DNA from: an uncultured Methanobrevibacter sp.
Lineage (GTDB): Archaea; Methanobacteriota; Methanobacteria; Methanobacteriales; Methanobacteriaceae
Direction: 5' to 3' (one strand)
DNA: 64,000 bases
Assembly: GCF_900317865.1 (NCBI RefSeq)
Contig: NZ_ONIK01000001.1
Notes under the pieces: model-generated
The model's database searches: none
What the model was told of the DNA's origin: nothing
Seen by the model: only the letters and a program-made list of their open reading frames with translations
Part shown: piece by piece, positions 18,207 to 28,280 of the stretch
Layout: the number at the start of each line of letters is the position of its first letter
Numbering within the stretch: position 1 is the first letter of the stretch
Translations under genes and position numbers: made by a program

Positions 18207-19465
18207 ATTATTCCAAGCAATAAAAGTGATACTGAAATAAGTATTAAACTTGAAATGGCATCTGTTAAACTTGTTGAAATAGGAATAACAATATTATCAG
18301 GATCTAAATCATGGTTATATGAATTTATTGAAATGAAATAAACAACAAAAATCATTATTGTCAAAAGGATAATGCCTGAAATTAATGAAATAGCTATTAT
18401 ATTAACAAAACCTACACCAACCAAACCCAATATCTCAGTCGAATCCTCTGCCAAAAATCCAATGAAAGGAAACATCAAAAGTGCTAAAATATAACAAATT
18501 AAAAAGTTATGAATACTTTCACCCTGAGGTCTTGTTAAAGGTTCGATTAAACCATAGTGAAGACTAGATGATAATCTAGCGCTTAAAATACTAATTAAGC
18601 TTCCACAAAGACCGGAGAATAAAGGTAATAATGTAAGCAAAGAAGGATTGGTAAGCAATGTTTCAACAGAACTGTTCAATATTATACCGGCTGAAACACC
18701 TAAGGCGGAGCAAACCAGTAAAACCGGAATTGATTGGAAAATAATTTTTTTAGACTCATCAGACTTTTTAATTGCGTAAATAAAGGCTATGATAATTAAA
18801 ACAACTATAACTACAAAACAGATATTTTTAATAAATGCATTAGTATTTAAAAATGATAAAAATATTACTGAAACAATGATAGCTGGCAATGTGAGTAAAT
18901 CGCCTAAAGCAGCAATAATCGGTGTTGTAATATTGTCCGGATCCCAACCATGACGAAAACTCCTAAATGACACCACCATAGTGATTGGAAGCATAATCAA
19001 ATTAGAGATCATTCCCGCAATTACACTAACAAATATAAAATCAATTAATGATATTGATTCATAATGTAATAAAATACAGAATAATTTTGCTATAATAGCT
19101 AAAAATAAAGATAACACCAATGTTAAAACAAAAGATGAAATAATATTATTATTTAAATCATCTGAAAACTTAAATTTGGGAGATAATATACCAATATGTA
19201 AATTGGTCGATAACCTTGAAGCAAAAGTCCCAAAAATATTTCCTCTCATACCAATTGCACCAGGGATAATAACAAGTAATCCCGGAAATGTTTCTAAGAA
19301 AAAGGTCATGTTTCCCAGGATAATTCCGGCAAATAAATCTCCTAATGCACAAATTAAAAGAGCTATAAAACTTTCTTTTAGTATAGACTTATGTTCTGAA
19401 AAGAAGCCCTGAAATAAAGATAGTGAAGTGCGAATCTTCTTCTTGTTGGTTTTCATGCATATCAC
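18203..19465 (-). CDS. MgtE/SLC41-type divalent cation transporter (two MgtE membrane domains, no cytosolic domains)
   Basis: Duplicated GDLFAGIILG...PGAIGMRGNIFGTFASRLSTNLHIG / LPLFSGLCGSLISILSARLSSSLHYG motifs. About 10 TM helices. Confidence 0.7.
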   Translation of the reverse strand: MICMKTNKKKIRTSLSLFQGFFSEHKSILKESFIALLICALGDLFAGIILGNMTFFLETFPGLLVIIPGAIGMRGNIFGTFASRLSTNLHIGILSPKFKFSDDLNNNIISSFVLTLVLSLFLAIIAKLFCILLHYESISLIDFIFVSVIAGMISNLIMLPITMVVSFRSFRHGWDPDNITTPIIAALGDLLTLPAIIVSVIFLSFLNTNAFIKNICFVVIVVLIIIAFIYAIKKSDESKKIIFQSIPVLLVCSALGVSAGIILNSSVETLLTNPSLLTLLPLFSGLCGSLISILSARLSSSLHYGLIEPLTRPQGESIHNFLICYILALLMFPFIGFLAEDSTEILGLVGVGFVNIIAISLISGIILLTIMIFVVYFISINSYNHDLDPDNIVIPISTSLTDAISSLILISVSLLLLGII

Positions 19466-19495
19466 TACCCCTTATCATAATATCACTTCTTAAAT

Positions 19496-20095
19496 TTAAT
19501 CTTCGTCATCTAATTCTTCTGGAATATCTTCTAATGAACATGATGCTGATGCCAATTTTCTTAAAAGTTCTGCACCTTCATCTGTTCCTTTTAAAAGTAA
19601 AATATCATTTGCAAGAATCATAGTATTTTTATCAGGACCATAAATCCATGATTCCCCTCTTCTAATAGCTATAACTCTCATTCCTGTACGATTAACTAAT
19701 AATAATTCTCCTAAAGTTTTATTAGCTAAATCAGATTCATCTACCACACCAATCCTAGAAATCATCTTATCAGATTCTTCCATTACCATTTTAAATACAG
19801 GGTGTGGTTTAATACCTTTAATTACTAAATCGGCTAAATCTTTTGCTGCATTAGCCATACTTTCAGCAGCTTCAGCAATTTCAAGTAATGCAGTTAATCT
19901 CTCAGCATCTTCATATGTCCTTGCTGCAACTAATGATTCTTTTTTAATTTCATAATTCATTGCATTAACAGTGTTTTCCAATGCCAATACTTCTTCAGCC
20001 GCATCAACACTATTAAATAAAACAGCGGAATAAGCTAAATCAACCATTAGCTCCGACATATTTTTCATTTCAATTAAAAGATTTTTAATCGACAT
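19496..20095 (-). CDS. PhoU-like + TrkA-C (RCK_C) regulatory protein
   Basis: N-terminal helical PhoU-like repeat. C-terminal GKTLGEL-like [32 protein letters not shown]...[10 protein letters not shown]. Confidence 0.7.
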   Translation of the reverse strand: MSIKNLLIEMKNMSELMVDLAYSAVLFNSVDAAEEVLALENTVNAMNYEIKKESLVAARTYEDAERLTALLEIAEAAESMANAAKDLADLVIKGIKPHPVFKMVMEESDKMISRIGVVDESDLANKTLGELLLVNRTGMRVIAIRRGESWIYGPDKNTMILANDILLLKGTDEGAELLRKLASASCSLEDIPEELDDED

Positions 20096-20105
20096 TTTTT
20101 CCCTC

Positions 20106-21179
20106 TTACAAATCTCTTGGATTATTTTTTAATAAGCATGCCCTTCTTAGTTTTAATAAAGTTTTTTTCTTAGATTTTAAATCATCAACTTCATCTAAAA
20201 TTTCTTCTATAGGTCCTCTTAAACATTCAACGGCTTCTTTTTGGTGAGGCCAGTTGCACTCTTTACAATTCCAAACATTTTTGCCTTTTATCCACTCTCC
20301 ACCAGTTGATGAATCACCACACGGGTAAAAAGGACAATAACAGAAATCACAATACTGGCCATCCCAGTGGCATGGATAATATTCGCATTCACGGTTAGGA
20401 CCATGGCCAATTTCTCCATTCAAGAATTTTTCATAATGATTTCTTGAAAGTTCATGAATTGGAGTTCTTATTACATAACCTCTTGGAGTTATTAACTTAT
20501 CATCCTGAATATAAGTTAAATCATTGCCAACAATTAATGTACAGGACATATTAACAATATCTTCTGATAAATCTTTAACTTTAACAATAGTTTCTTTTGC
20601 AGGTTCATAAGTACTATCTACAATACCAATTAAAGCATCTTCTCCTTTTATATCTAAAACACATTGTTTAAATCTTCTAAATGGCTCTTTACGTGTTTTA
20701 CTGATAGGGTTATAAATAGCCACGATTAAATTAGCTTCAAGAGCGTGCCTTAACTTTTTTTCTATTTCAGATAATGGAGTTAGGATATTGCTTAAACTAA
20801 TAGCTGCAAAATCATTTAAAGGAGCTCCCAATTTTGATGAAGTATAATTAAGAGCTGAAACACCAGGATAGACCTTTACATCAACATCATCATATTTGGA
20901 AAGTATTTGATATAATACATTTGCCATTCCAAATACACCAGGATCTCCAGAACTGATTAATGAAACAACCTGACCTTCCTTACTTTTTTGAATAGCAACT
21001 TCAGCTCTGGCTATTTCATCACCCATTCCTTTCTTTAAAATTTCCTTTCCTTCAATAAGGTCTTCAATTTGATCAATATATTTTTTATAACCTATAATAA
21101 CATCAGACTCTTCAATAGCATTTAAGGCGCCTAATGTCATGTTTTCTCTATTTTGACCAATTCCTATAACATTAATCAT
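20106..21179 (-). CDS. cbiH: Cobalt-factor III / precorrin-3B C17-methyltransferase with a C-terminal Cys-rich domain
   Basis: MINVIGIG...[10 protein letters not shown]...[11 protein letters not shown] tetrapyrrole methylase motifs. C-terminal [25 protein letters not shown]...CKECNWPH. Confidence 0.85.
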   Translation of the reverse strand: MINVIGIGQNRENMTLGALNAIEESDVIIGYKKYIDQIEDLIEGKEILKKGMGDEIARAEVAIQKSKEGQVVSLISSGDPGVFGMANVLYQILSKYDDVDVKVYPGVSALNYTSSKLGAPLNDFAAISLSNILTPLSEIEKKLRHALEANLIVAIYNPISKTRKEPFRRFKQCVLDIKGEDALIGIVDSTYEPAKETIVKVKDLSEDIVNMSCTLIVGNDLTYIQDDKLITPRGYVIRTPIHELSRNHYEKFLNGEIGHGPNRECEYYPCHWDGQYCDFCYCPFYPCGDSSTGGEWIKGKNVWNCKECNWPHQKEAVECLRGPIEEILDEVDDLKSKKKTLLKLRRACLLKNNPRDL

Positions 21180-21186
21180 GATTTAC

Positions 21187-21690
21187 CTAAAATAATTTTA
21201 ATACAGAATTTACTTTCATTTGATTAGTGTCGACTATCAGTTCTCCATTCTTATATGAAGCAACAGATGTAACTATTACTTTATATGAAGGAGTTTGACT
21301 AATAACAATTTGTCCTGAAGTTGAATTTGGTGCAGCATAACCTAAAGCTTCAATAGTAATGTTAAATTCACCTTTACTGGTATCCTCATAGGTTGATGCA
21401 TTCATTGAATCAACGTTAACGCCGTCAACATTCGACAGCTGCTGCATCTTATTCGCTACATCCTTATGGTTAGTGAAATTAACCGGTGTTGGATCTTTAA
21501 CGAACACATCATTAACCTTTTGTGGACTAAAAAACCCTGTAATTTGGGTAACCTGCATATCAATTAATCCCTTAACATCCGGAACTTCAGCTGTGACAAT
21601 TGTATATGAACTAAATAATCCTACTTCAAAAAATATTATAAATAATACAATTACTAGTAAAATTCTAAGAAATTTTCCCATTATTATCAC
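21187..21690 (-). CDS. Membrane-anchored hypothetical protein
   Basis: A single N-terminal TM helix (FLRILLVIVLFIIFFEVGLF). 7 nt upstream of cbiH on the same strand. Confidence 0.5.
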   Translation of the reverse strand: MIIMGKFLRILLVIVLFIIFFEVGLFSSYTIVTAEVPDVKGLIDMQVTQITGFFSPQKVNDVFVKDPTPVNFTNHKDVANKMQQLSNVDGVNVDSMNASTYEDTSKGEFNITIEALGYAAPNSTSGQIVISQTPSYKVIVTSVASYKNGELIVDTNQMKVNSVLKLF

Positions 21691-21855
21691 ATCTTACTTT
21701 TAAAATTACCTATAATAAATTAGATTTTATTTTTAATATATAATAAATATAACTACAAATACATTATTTATTCCAAGTCTTAAAATTTTTTGATAAAATT
21801 ACAATGATTTAAATTTATTAAAGATAATAACAAAAAAAATTAATTAGGGGGTGAA

Positions 21856-23991
21856 ATTATTAAATTTAAATTTATATTTATATGTGTAATTCTATTTCTA
21901 TTTTCTCTGAATTGTATCTTTGCTATTGATTTAACGAACAATTCATCCTATCAAAGTGAAACAGAAGACGATGGAACATTTTCAACACTGCAAAATAGAA
22001 TAAACGAATTGGATGATAATCAAACTCTTTATCTAAATAATGATTACACTAATGATAATTTAAGTGATAACGGAATAATCATTTCTAAAAATATAAGAAT
22101 TGAAGGAAATGGATTTACATTAAATGGATTAAATGAATCTAGAATATTTACAATAACAAATTCAAGCAATTTAATTCTGAATAACATTAATTTTATTAAT
22201 GGTTATGGATTTTATGGAGGAGCAATTTACTCTGACAGCTTTTCAAACTGTACATTTACTAACTTAAACTTCACAAACAATTTTGCTGATATGCATGGTG
22301 GAGCAATATATATTGAAGGGGACTGCATCAGTAACAAATTCATTAACGTTACATTCAAAAACAACACTGCACTAAGAGGAGGAGCGGTTTATTTCAATGG
22401 AAATCTTATAGATAACATTATGAATATTGATGCCAGTTATAATACTGTAAATATTTTCTCAGGAGCTGTTTTTTTTGTAAATGGAACTACAGTGAACAAC
22501 AGACTCAACGGAAAGTACATTAACAATTCTGCTCCGGACCACTGTGGAGCTGTTATGTATTTAAAGGATAATGTTACAGGAAATATCATTGAAGGCTATT
22601 TTGAAAACAATACATGTACAAATACCGGTGGAGTAATGACTGCAATGTCAACTGCACTAAATAATACTTTCAAAGGAAGCTTTTATAAAAATTCAGCACG
22701 TATAGGTGGAGTCCTGTATTTCTATGTTCCTTCATACAACAACACAATAATTGGAGAATTTATAAATAATTCAGCTACAAGATATGGAAGTACAATCTAT
22801 TTCAGAGGTACTCCATTTAATAAAATAACAAATTCTTCATTCATAAATAATCAGATTCCATCCAAGAATCTAAACGTTAATGTAAGCGATTCAACCTTGA
22901 AAGTTATAATGACCGGTAATGATACTGTAATAAATGCAATTAATGCCAAAAATATAGGCAATTTAACATTTAGTAATGTTACTTATTGGGCGGAAAACGG
23001 ATTAGTAAACAGTGATGATGTCTTACCAATATGTAATGAGGGAGCATCTGGGCAAAACGTTACCTTGGAAATATATAAAAATGATGAAATTGTATATAAT
23101 GTCACTAAAGTAACAAATCAGACAGGATTTGCATCATTTGACTATTCCAGCTTAAATCCGGGATTTTATACCTATTTAATTTATCATGAAAATAACTTAT
23201 ATTATACCTATATTAACAAAACGGGAAATATTACTGTTGATGATAAAATCATTACCCATGATTTGGTAAAAATCTATAAAAACGAATCTAAATTTGAAGC
23301 CTTTATCGGAAAAGTAAATGAAACTGTATCTTTTAAAATAAACGGAGTAACTTACAATAGAACTACAGATGAAAATGGAACCGCTAAACTAGCTATTAAT
23401 TTAAACCCTGGCAATTATACCATTGAAACTATATTCAATGGAACAAGCGTTGAAAACAATATTGAAGTTTTACCAACACTAATCGCTCAGAACCTGGTTA
23501 AATATTTCAGAAATGAATCACAATTTTTAATTTCATTGATTGATGGTGAAATTAATCCTGTAGCTAATGTTAACATTACCATGAATATTAATGGAGTATT
23601 TTATAACCGTACAACAAATGAAAATGGAACTGCTAAGTTAAACATCAATTTGAATCCGGGCGAGTACATATTAACTGCTATTGATCCATTGACTGGACTG
23701 ATGGTATCCTATAATATAACGGTGCTACCTACTTTAACAGCAGATGATTTAAACATGACTTATTTAGATGGTTCTCAATTTAAAGCAAAACTTGTTGACG
23801 GTCAGGGAAAAGAACTAGAAAATGCTGGTATAACATTTAACATTAATGGTGTATTTTACACAAGATATACAAATTCATCTGGAATTGCAGCTTTAAACAT
23901 TAACTTAATTCCTGGTGAGTATATAATTACATCCATCTATGAAAGTGCTGTTACATCAAATAAAATAACTATTTTTTCTAAAGAGGATTAA
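21856..23991 (+). CDS. Adhesin-like protein (ALP2): beta-helix (GGAI/GGAV repeats) plus 3 C-terminal Ig-like modules. The start codon is apparently non-canonical.
   Basis: The frame is open from 21844. IIKFKFIFICVILFLFSLNCIFA/IDL is a clean signal peptide upstream of the tracked TTG at 22009. SD-like GGGGGTGA at 21847-21854. Confidence 0.8.
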   Translation: MIKFKFIFICVILFLFSLNCIFAIDLTNNSSYQSETEDDGTFSTLQNRINELDDNQTLYLNNDYTNDNLSDNGIIISKNIRIEGNGFTLNGLNESRIFTITNSSNLILNNINFINGYGFYGGAIYSDSFSNCTFTNLNFTNNFADMHGGAIYIEGDCISNKFINVTFKNNTALRGGAVYFNGNLIDNIMNIDASYNTVNIFSGAVFFVNGTTVNNRLNGKYINNSAPDHCGAVMYLKDNVTGNIIEGYFENNTCTNTGGVMTAMSTALNNTFKGSFYKNSARIGGVLYFYVPSYNNTIIGEFINNSATRYGSTIYFRGTPFNKITNSSFINNQIPSKNLNVNVSDSTLKVIMTGNDTVINAINAKNIGNLTFSNVTYWAENGLVNSDDVLPICNEGASGQNVTLEIYKNDEIVYNVTKVTNQTGFASFDYSSLNPGFYTYLIYHENNLYYTYINKTGNITVDDKIITHDLVKIYKNESKFEAFIGKVNETVSFKINGVTYNRTTDENGTAKLAINLNPGNYTIETIFNGTSVENNIEVLPTLIAQNLVKYFRNESQFLISLIDGEINPVANVNITMNINGVFYNRTTNENGTAKLNINLNPGEYILTAIDPLTGLMVSYNITVLPTLTADDLNMTYLDGSQFKAKLVDGQGKELENAGITFNINGVFYTRYTNSSGIAALNINLIPGEYIITSIYESAVTSNKITIFSKED

Positions 23992-24010
23992 AAGCCTCTT
24001 TATTTTTTAT
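23981..24010 (+). terminator. Hairpin plus T-tract after ALP2
   Basis: aagagg-attaaaag-cctctt followed by tatttttt. Confidence 0.45.
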
Positions 24011-24108
24011 TAATTTTTATCAGTTTTTTGAAAATTACCTTCTCAGGAAATATAACCTTTTCATATTCTCAAAGTTTATAAACATTGAAAATTAAAATTT
24101 TAACTAAT

Positions 24109-25773
24109 ATGTCAAATAATATTTTACTTAAATTTGCAAAAAAAGGAATTAATTTATCACCTGATGCTTATGCAAAAGTAATGCAGTCAGATAATCCTAC
24201 AAATTTTGCTTCTGAATTAATTGTAAAGCTTAAAAGTAGCGATTTTAAGGCTGTAGATTTAATAGCAGTTGATGGTAAAACAATTGATGTAATTACTGGC
24301 AATGTGGCTTCAAGTGAAGAAACTACAAGTGAAATTCAAAAAACAGAAGCTGAAGTAAAAACAGATGAAACAATTGAACCGACTCCAAATAAAGATAAAA
24401 AAGAAGAATCACAACCAAAAGTAAAAACAGATGAAGCAACTCCAAATGAAGATAAAAAAGAGGAGTCAAAATCCGAAGGTATAGTAAAGATTGAGGATTC
24501 TGAAAAAGTAGAAGATACAAAAATAGAATTTAAAAGGAATTTAGAGAAAATCGATGTTGAATATGACTTTGAAGTCCTGCAAGACAGTTCTAATAAATCT
24601 TATACAAGTGGAGAAATTGGAGACTTAATTACCTATTTCCAATCAAGATATGAAAAATTAAGTAAAATATTAAGGCAAAGACCTGATTTAAAAATGACCA
24701 CAAAAGTAGCTGATATTGAAGACGGTCAAACAACATTGAATTTAATTTTAATGGTTAAAGAAATAAGATCCACAAAAAATGGACATAAATTTGTTGAATT
24801 TGAAGATGATACTGGATCTATATCAATATTATTTTCTAATAAAAATGAAGAGTTATTTGCTGAAGCTGAAAAACTCGTTAGAGATGAAGTTGTTGGAGTA
24901 ATTGCAAATAAAGATAATGACTTCGTTATAGCTAATCAGTTAATTTATCCTGGTGTTTTAAGAATTCAAGAAAAGAAAATGGATTTTGGAGTGGTATTTT
25001 TATCTGATGTTCACATTGGAAGTTTAACTTTCCTTGAAGATGCATTTCAAAAGTTCATTGACTGGATTAACTGTGAATTTGGTAATGAAGAACAAAGAAA
25101 AATCGCCGAAGATATTAAATATTTGATTATCGCAGGAGATATTGTTGACGGTATTGGTGTCTATCCTAATCAGGACAAAGAATTGTCCATTAAAGATATT
25201 CGCCAACAATATGATGAAGCTGCCAGATTTTTGGGAAATATTAGAAGTGACATTAAAATCATTATTACTCCAGGAAACCACGATGCTTCAAGACTTGCTG
25301 AACCACAGCCTGCTGTTCCTGAAGAGTATGCCAAATCACTATACCAATTAAATAACGTTGAATTTGTAAGTAATCCGGCTGTAGTGTCTCTGGATGGTAT
25401 TAATGTGTTAATTTATCACGGAGAAAGTTTCAATGAACTGCCAATGGCTATTAAAGGTTTAAGTTATGAGAAAAATGAAGAAATGATGGTTGAACTTTTA
25501 AGAAAAAGACATTTAGCTCCTATTTATGGTGAAAGAACTCCTTTAGCTTCTGAATTAGAAGATTATTTAGTTATAGAACATGTTCCTGATATTTTCCATA
25601 CAGGACACATTCACATTAATTCTTATAAAAAATACAATGGAATACATTTAATTAACTCAGGTACCTTCCAGACTCAAACGGAATACCAGAAAATTAAAAA
25701 CATCGAGCCTACTCCTGCTCAGGTTCCTGTAATACACAAAGGAGAATATAAACTATTTAGATTTATTGATTAG
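24109..25773 (+). CDS. polB: DNA polymerase D (PolD/Pol II) small subunit DP1
   Basis: C-terminal calcineurin-like phosphoesterase motifs [31 protein letters not shown]. First ATG at 24109 ([13 protein letters not shown]). Confidence 0.85.
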   Translation: MSNNILLKFAKKGINLSPDAYAKVMQSDNPTNFASELIVKLKSSDFKAVDLIAVDGKTIDVITGNVASSEETTSEIQKTEAEVKTDETIEPTPNKDKKEESQPKVKTDEATPNEDKKEESKSEGIVKIEDSEKVEDTKIEFKRNLEKIDVEYDFEVLQDSSNKSYTSGEIGDLITYFQSRYEKLSKILRQRPDLKMTTKVADIEDGQTTLNLILMVKEIRSTKNGHKFVEFEDDTGSISILFSNKNEELFAEAEKLVRDEVVGVIANKDNDFVIANQLIYPGVLRIQEKKMDFGVVFLSDVHIGSLTFLEDAFQKFIDWINCEFGNEEQRKIAEDIKYLIIAGDIVDGIGVYPNQDKELSIKDIRQQYDEAARFLGNIRSDIKIIITPGNHDASRLAEPQPAVPEEYAKSLYQLNNVEFVSNPAVVSLDGINVLIYHGESFNELPMAIKGLSYEKNEEMMVELLRKRHLAPIYGERTPLASELEDYLVIEHVPDIFHTGHIHINSYKKYNGIHLINSGTFQTQTEYQKIKNIEPTPAQVPVIHKGEYKLFRFID

Positions 25774-25780
25774 TGATATT

Positions 25781-26353
25781 ATGTATGATGATGTTTCAAA
25801 ATTAATAGAAGTATGCAACAATCTTTACGACAAGCAATTAGTTTCAGGAAAATCAGGTAATGTAAGCATTAGACTTGGAGATTATATTGCTATTACACCT
25901 ACTTTAACAGCCATTAATGAATTAAATGAAGAAGATATAGTTTTGGTTGATATGCAATCCAATATATTGACTAAAGGTAGACCTTCATCAGAAGTTGGAA
26001 TGCATTTAGGAATTTATAATAAAAGAAAAGATGTTAATGCAATTATTCATACTCATTCCCCTTATACAACCGGATTTGCTTTTAGCAATAAAAAAATCAA
26101 AAGATTAGAAGGCTTTGGTGAAATTAAAAATCAATATTTATCAAGTATTGAATATGAAAAACCAGGAAGTAAAGATCTTGCTGAAAAAGCATCCGAGGGC
26201 ATTAAAAATGAAGACGTGCTTATTTTAAAAAATCATGGTTTTATATGTGTTGGTAAAAATCTAAAAGAAACTGAATCCCTTGCTGTATTCATTGAAGAAT
26301 CTGCAAAGACTCAATTCGTAACTTATATGTTAAATTCAGTGAAAGATATTTAA
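25781..26353 (+). CDS. Class II aldolase/adducin-family protein (fuculose-1-phosphate aldolase-like)
   Basis: SGKSGNVSIRL...PSSEVGMH...IIHTHSPYTT motifs. ATG at 25781 is preferred over TTG at 25766. Confidence 0.8.
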   Translation: MYDDVSKLIEVCNNLYDKQLVSGKSGNVSIRLGDYIAITPTLTAINELNEEDIVLVDMQSNILTKGRPSSEVGMHLGIYNKRKDVNAIIHTHSPYTTGFAFSNKKIKRLEGFGEIKNQYLSSIEYEKPGSKDLAEKASEGIKNEDVLILKNHGFICVGKNLKETESLAVFIEESAKTQFVTYMLNSVKDI

Positions 26354-26355
26354 TA

Positions 26356-26511
26356 TCATTCAACTGAATCTTTTGTTCTGGCTTCATATCCTTCATTAAT
26401 CATTTTTAATATTAATCCGGATAATGAAGTATCTTCGCGAATAGCCATAATTTTAAGTTCTTTTTTCAAATCACTTGGTAAATTTATTGTAGTTTTGCTT
26501 ACATCTGACAT
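26356..26511 (-). CDS. Ribbon-helix-helix (CopG/Arc/MetJ-like) small protein, 51 aa (not in the ORF track)
   Basis: Translation MSDVSKTTINLPSDLKKELKIMAIREDTSLSGLILKMINEGYEARTKDSVE has the typical beta-strand/helix/helix RHH pattern. Confidence 0.55.
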   Translation of the reverse strand: MSDVSKTTINLPSDLKKELKIMAIREDTSLSGLILKMINEGYEARTKDSVE

Positions 26512-26654
26512 ATTATATAGGTTATTTTTTAACTTAATATATATTTTTCTATAAAATAAATATTCGAAATACTACAAACAATTAAATATTAGATTTTACA
26601 TATTATTTTATAATATTTAAAAACTAATTTTTATTTATTTATAGGAGGAGTTAT

Positions 26655-26903
26655 ATGAGCAATCAAAATATCGACGAAGTATGTGAAATACTAGAATATA
26701 TTACAAATGAAAATAGTGTTCCACGTAATATTAGAGAAGCAGCTAACGAATCAAGTAAACTCTTAAAAGATGAAGAAAAAGACCAATCCGTAAGAATAAG
26801 TACTGTTTTAGGAAAATTAGATGAAATAAGTAACGACCCAAATATTCCAGTTCATGCAAGAACCTTAATCTGGGAAGTATTATCTAAATTAGAAGCAATC
26901 TAA
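26655..26903 (+). CDS. UPF0147-family small helical protein
   Basis: VPRNIREAANES...DPNIPVHARTLIWEVLSKLE pattern. SD aggagg upstream. Confidence 0.7.
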   Translation: MSNQNIDEVCEILEYITNENSVPRNIREAANESSKLLKDEEKDQSVRISTVLGKLDEISNDPNIPVHARTLIWEVLSKLEAI

Positions 26904-26904
26904 T

Positions 26905-27933
26905 TTATTTAATTATTTTTTTATTTGACAACGCCACTGAGACTGTAACACCATCAAAAGCCGTTTTTTTATATATTAATTTTGAATCATATCCTGCCGT
27001 AATCAATGCTGAAGGTTCACATACGCCAGGAATTCCAAATTTTGACATGACGAAGTCTGATTTTTGAATATCATCTGATTTGAATAATTTTAGTTTGTCT
27101 ATTTCTACAAAATTAACAGGAATATTCAATTCTTTTGATAAATCAAGAATGCCTTTTTCATCTTTTTTAATTTCAGCTGATGAAAACATGTTAATTCTAG
27201 AAATATCCATATTTAAATCATTTAATACTTTATTAATTGCTTTTCTTATTTCAATAGATGATTTACCACGTTTACATCCTATTCCAAAGACAATTTTGCG
27301 AGGTCTTAATATAATTTTATGATTGTCGCATTCTGCTTCAATTTCATTATCATTTATCCTGCTTGAAAAATAAATTGAAACATCCATTTCAAGTGTATTA
27401 TTATTCAAATATTCAAATAAATAATCATGATTTCCATTACTATTAACTGTAAAAAAAACTTCTTTACCTTCCAAAATTGATTTATTAAAATGTAAAATCT
27501 CTTTTGTATTATCAATAGATAAATACAAATCTTTTGCCAAAACATCAATTCCTAATTTTTTATTAACATCAGTAGAAGTTGTTATAACAGGTGTTGCATT
27601 AATTAAAGTAGAAATTTTAGATGTCAATTGATTTGCTCCACCAAGATGACCTGAAAGCATACTGATGACAAAATTTCCATTGTCATCTATGTTTAAAATA
27701 GCCGGATCTGTTGTTTTGGATTCAAGTAAATGTGAAATGCTTCTTATTAATATACCGGAAGCCATAATGGCAATAATAGCATCATATTCATAGAATAACA
27801 AGTTAAAAGTGTTTTTTACATCTTTGTGATAAATATCACATTTAATTATTGTAGAATCTTTATCTAATAATTCTTTTATTTTAAAGGACAAATCCAAACC
27901 TTTTTTTGAAACAGATAAAATAGCTATTTTCAT
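26905..27933 (-). CDS. cbiG: Cobalt-precorrin-5A hydrolase
   Basis: N-terminal MKIAILSVSKKG...AIMASGILIR plus the C-terminal CbiG domain (GIGCKRG...SSAEIKKDE...PGVCEPSAL). Confidence 0.8.
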   Translation of the reverse strand: MKIAILSVSKKGLDLSFKIKELLDKDSTIIKCDIYHKDVKNTFNLLFYEYDAIIAIMASGILIRSISHLLESKTTDPAILNIDDNGNFVISMLSGHLGGANQLTSKISTLINATPVITTSTDVNKKLGIDVLAKDLYLSIDNTKEILHFNKSILEGKEVFFTVNSNGNHDYLFEYLNNNTLEMDVSIYFSSRINDNEIEAECDNHKIILRPRKIVFGIGCKRGKSSIEIRKAINKVLNDLNMDISRINMFSSAEIKKDEKGILDLSKELNIPVNFVEIDKLKLFKSDDIQKSDFVMSKFGIPGVCEPSALITAGYDSKLIYKKTAFDGVTVSVALSNKKIIK

Positions 27934-28213
27934 AATATCACAAAATATATCAATTAATTATACTTTATCTCCACAAACATTCTATAGTAAAATATTTATC
28001 ATTTTACTAATTAACATTTATGGATACAATCAGACTCTTTCAAGTCCAAAGGAATTAATAATTGCTGATCAATTTAATTCTCTCTCAAAATCGTGAAAAT
28101 ATCAATTAAAAAGTTAATTAACAATAATAATAAATTATACCTCTTAGAATAAAATAAACAAGCAATTTATAATAAGTATACTCCACCATATTGCATTTCA
28201 TCTCTAACCTAAG

Positions 28214-28244
28214 AGGTCAGGGCATTCTTGCACATCATAGATAA
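28214..28244 (-). repeat. 31-bp repeat element, copy A (inverted relative to copy B at 58970-59000)
   Basis: The reverse complement ttatctatgatgtgcaagaatGccctgaCct matches 58970-59000 at 29/31 positions. Confidence 0.85.
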
Positions 28245-28280
28245 AGTTCAAAACAACAACATTTTTGAAAGAGTATAATT

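Noticed and set aside
19170-19623. Short ORFs overlapping the MgtE-like and PhoU/TrkA-C genes.
   Set aside because: They are nested in or antisense to well-supported membrane and regulatory genes.
27934-28280. Possible cobalamin riboswitch in the spacer upstream of cbiG / downstream of cbiB.
   Set aside because: I looked for the B12-box-like core (AGYC.GG.G.CC.GCC) and the conserved GGUG...AAU...GC.G.CCC segments on both strands and found none. The only notable feature is the 31-bp repeat reported separately.
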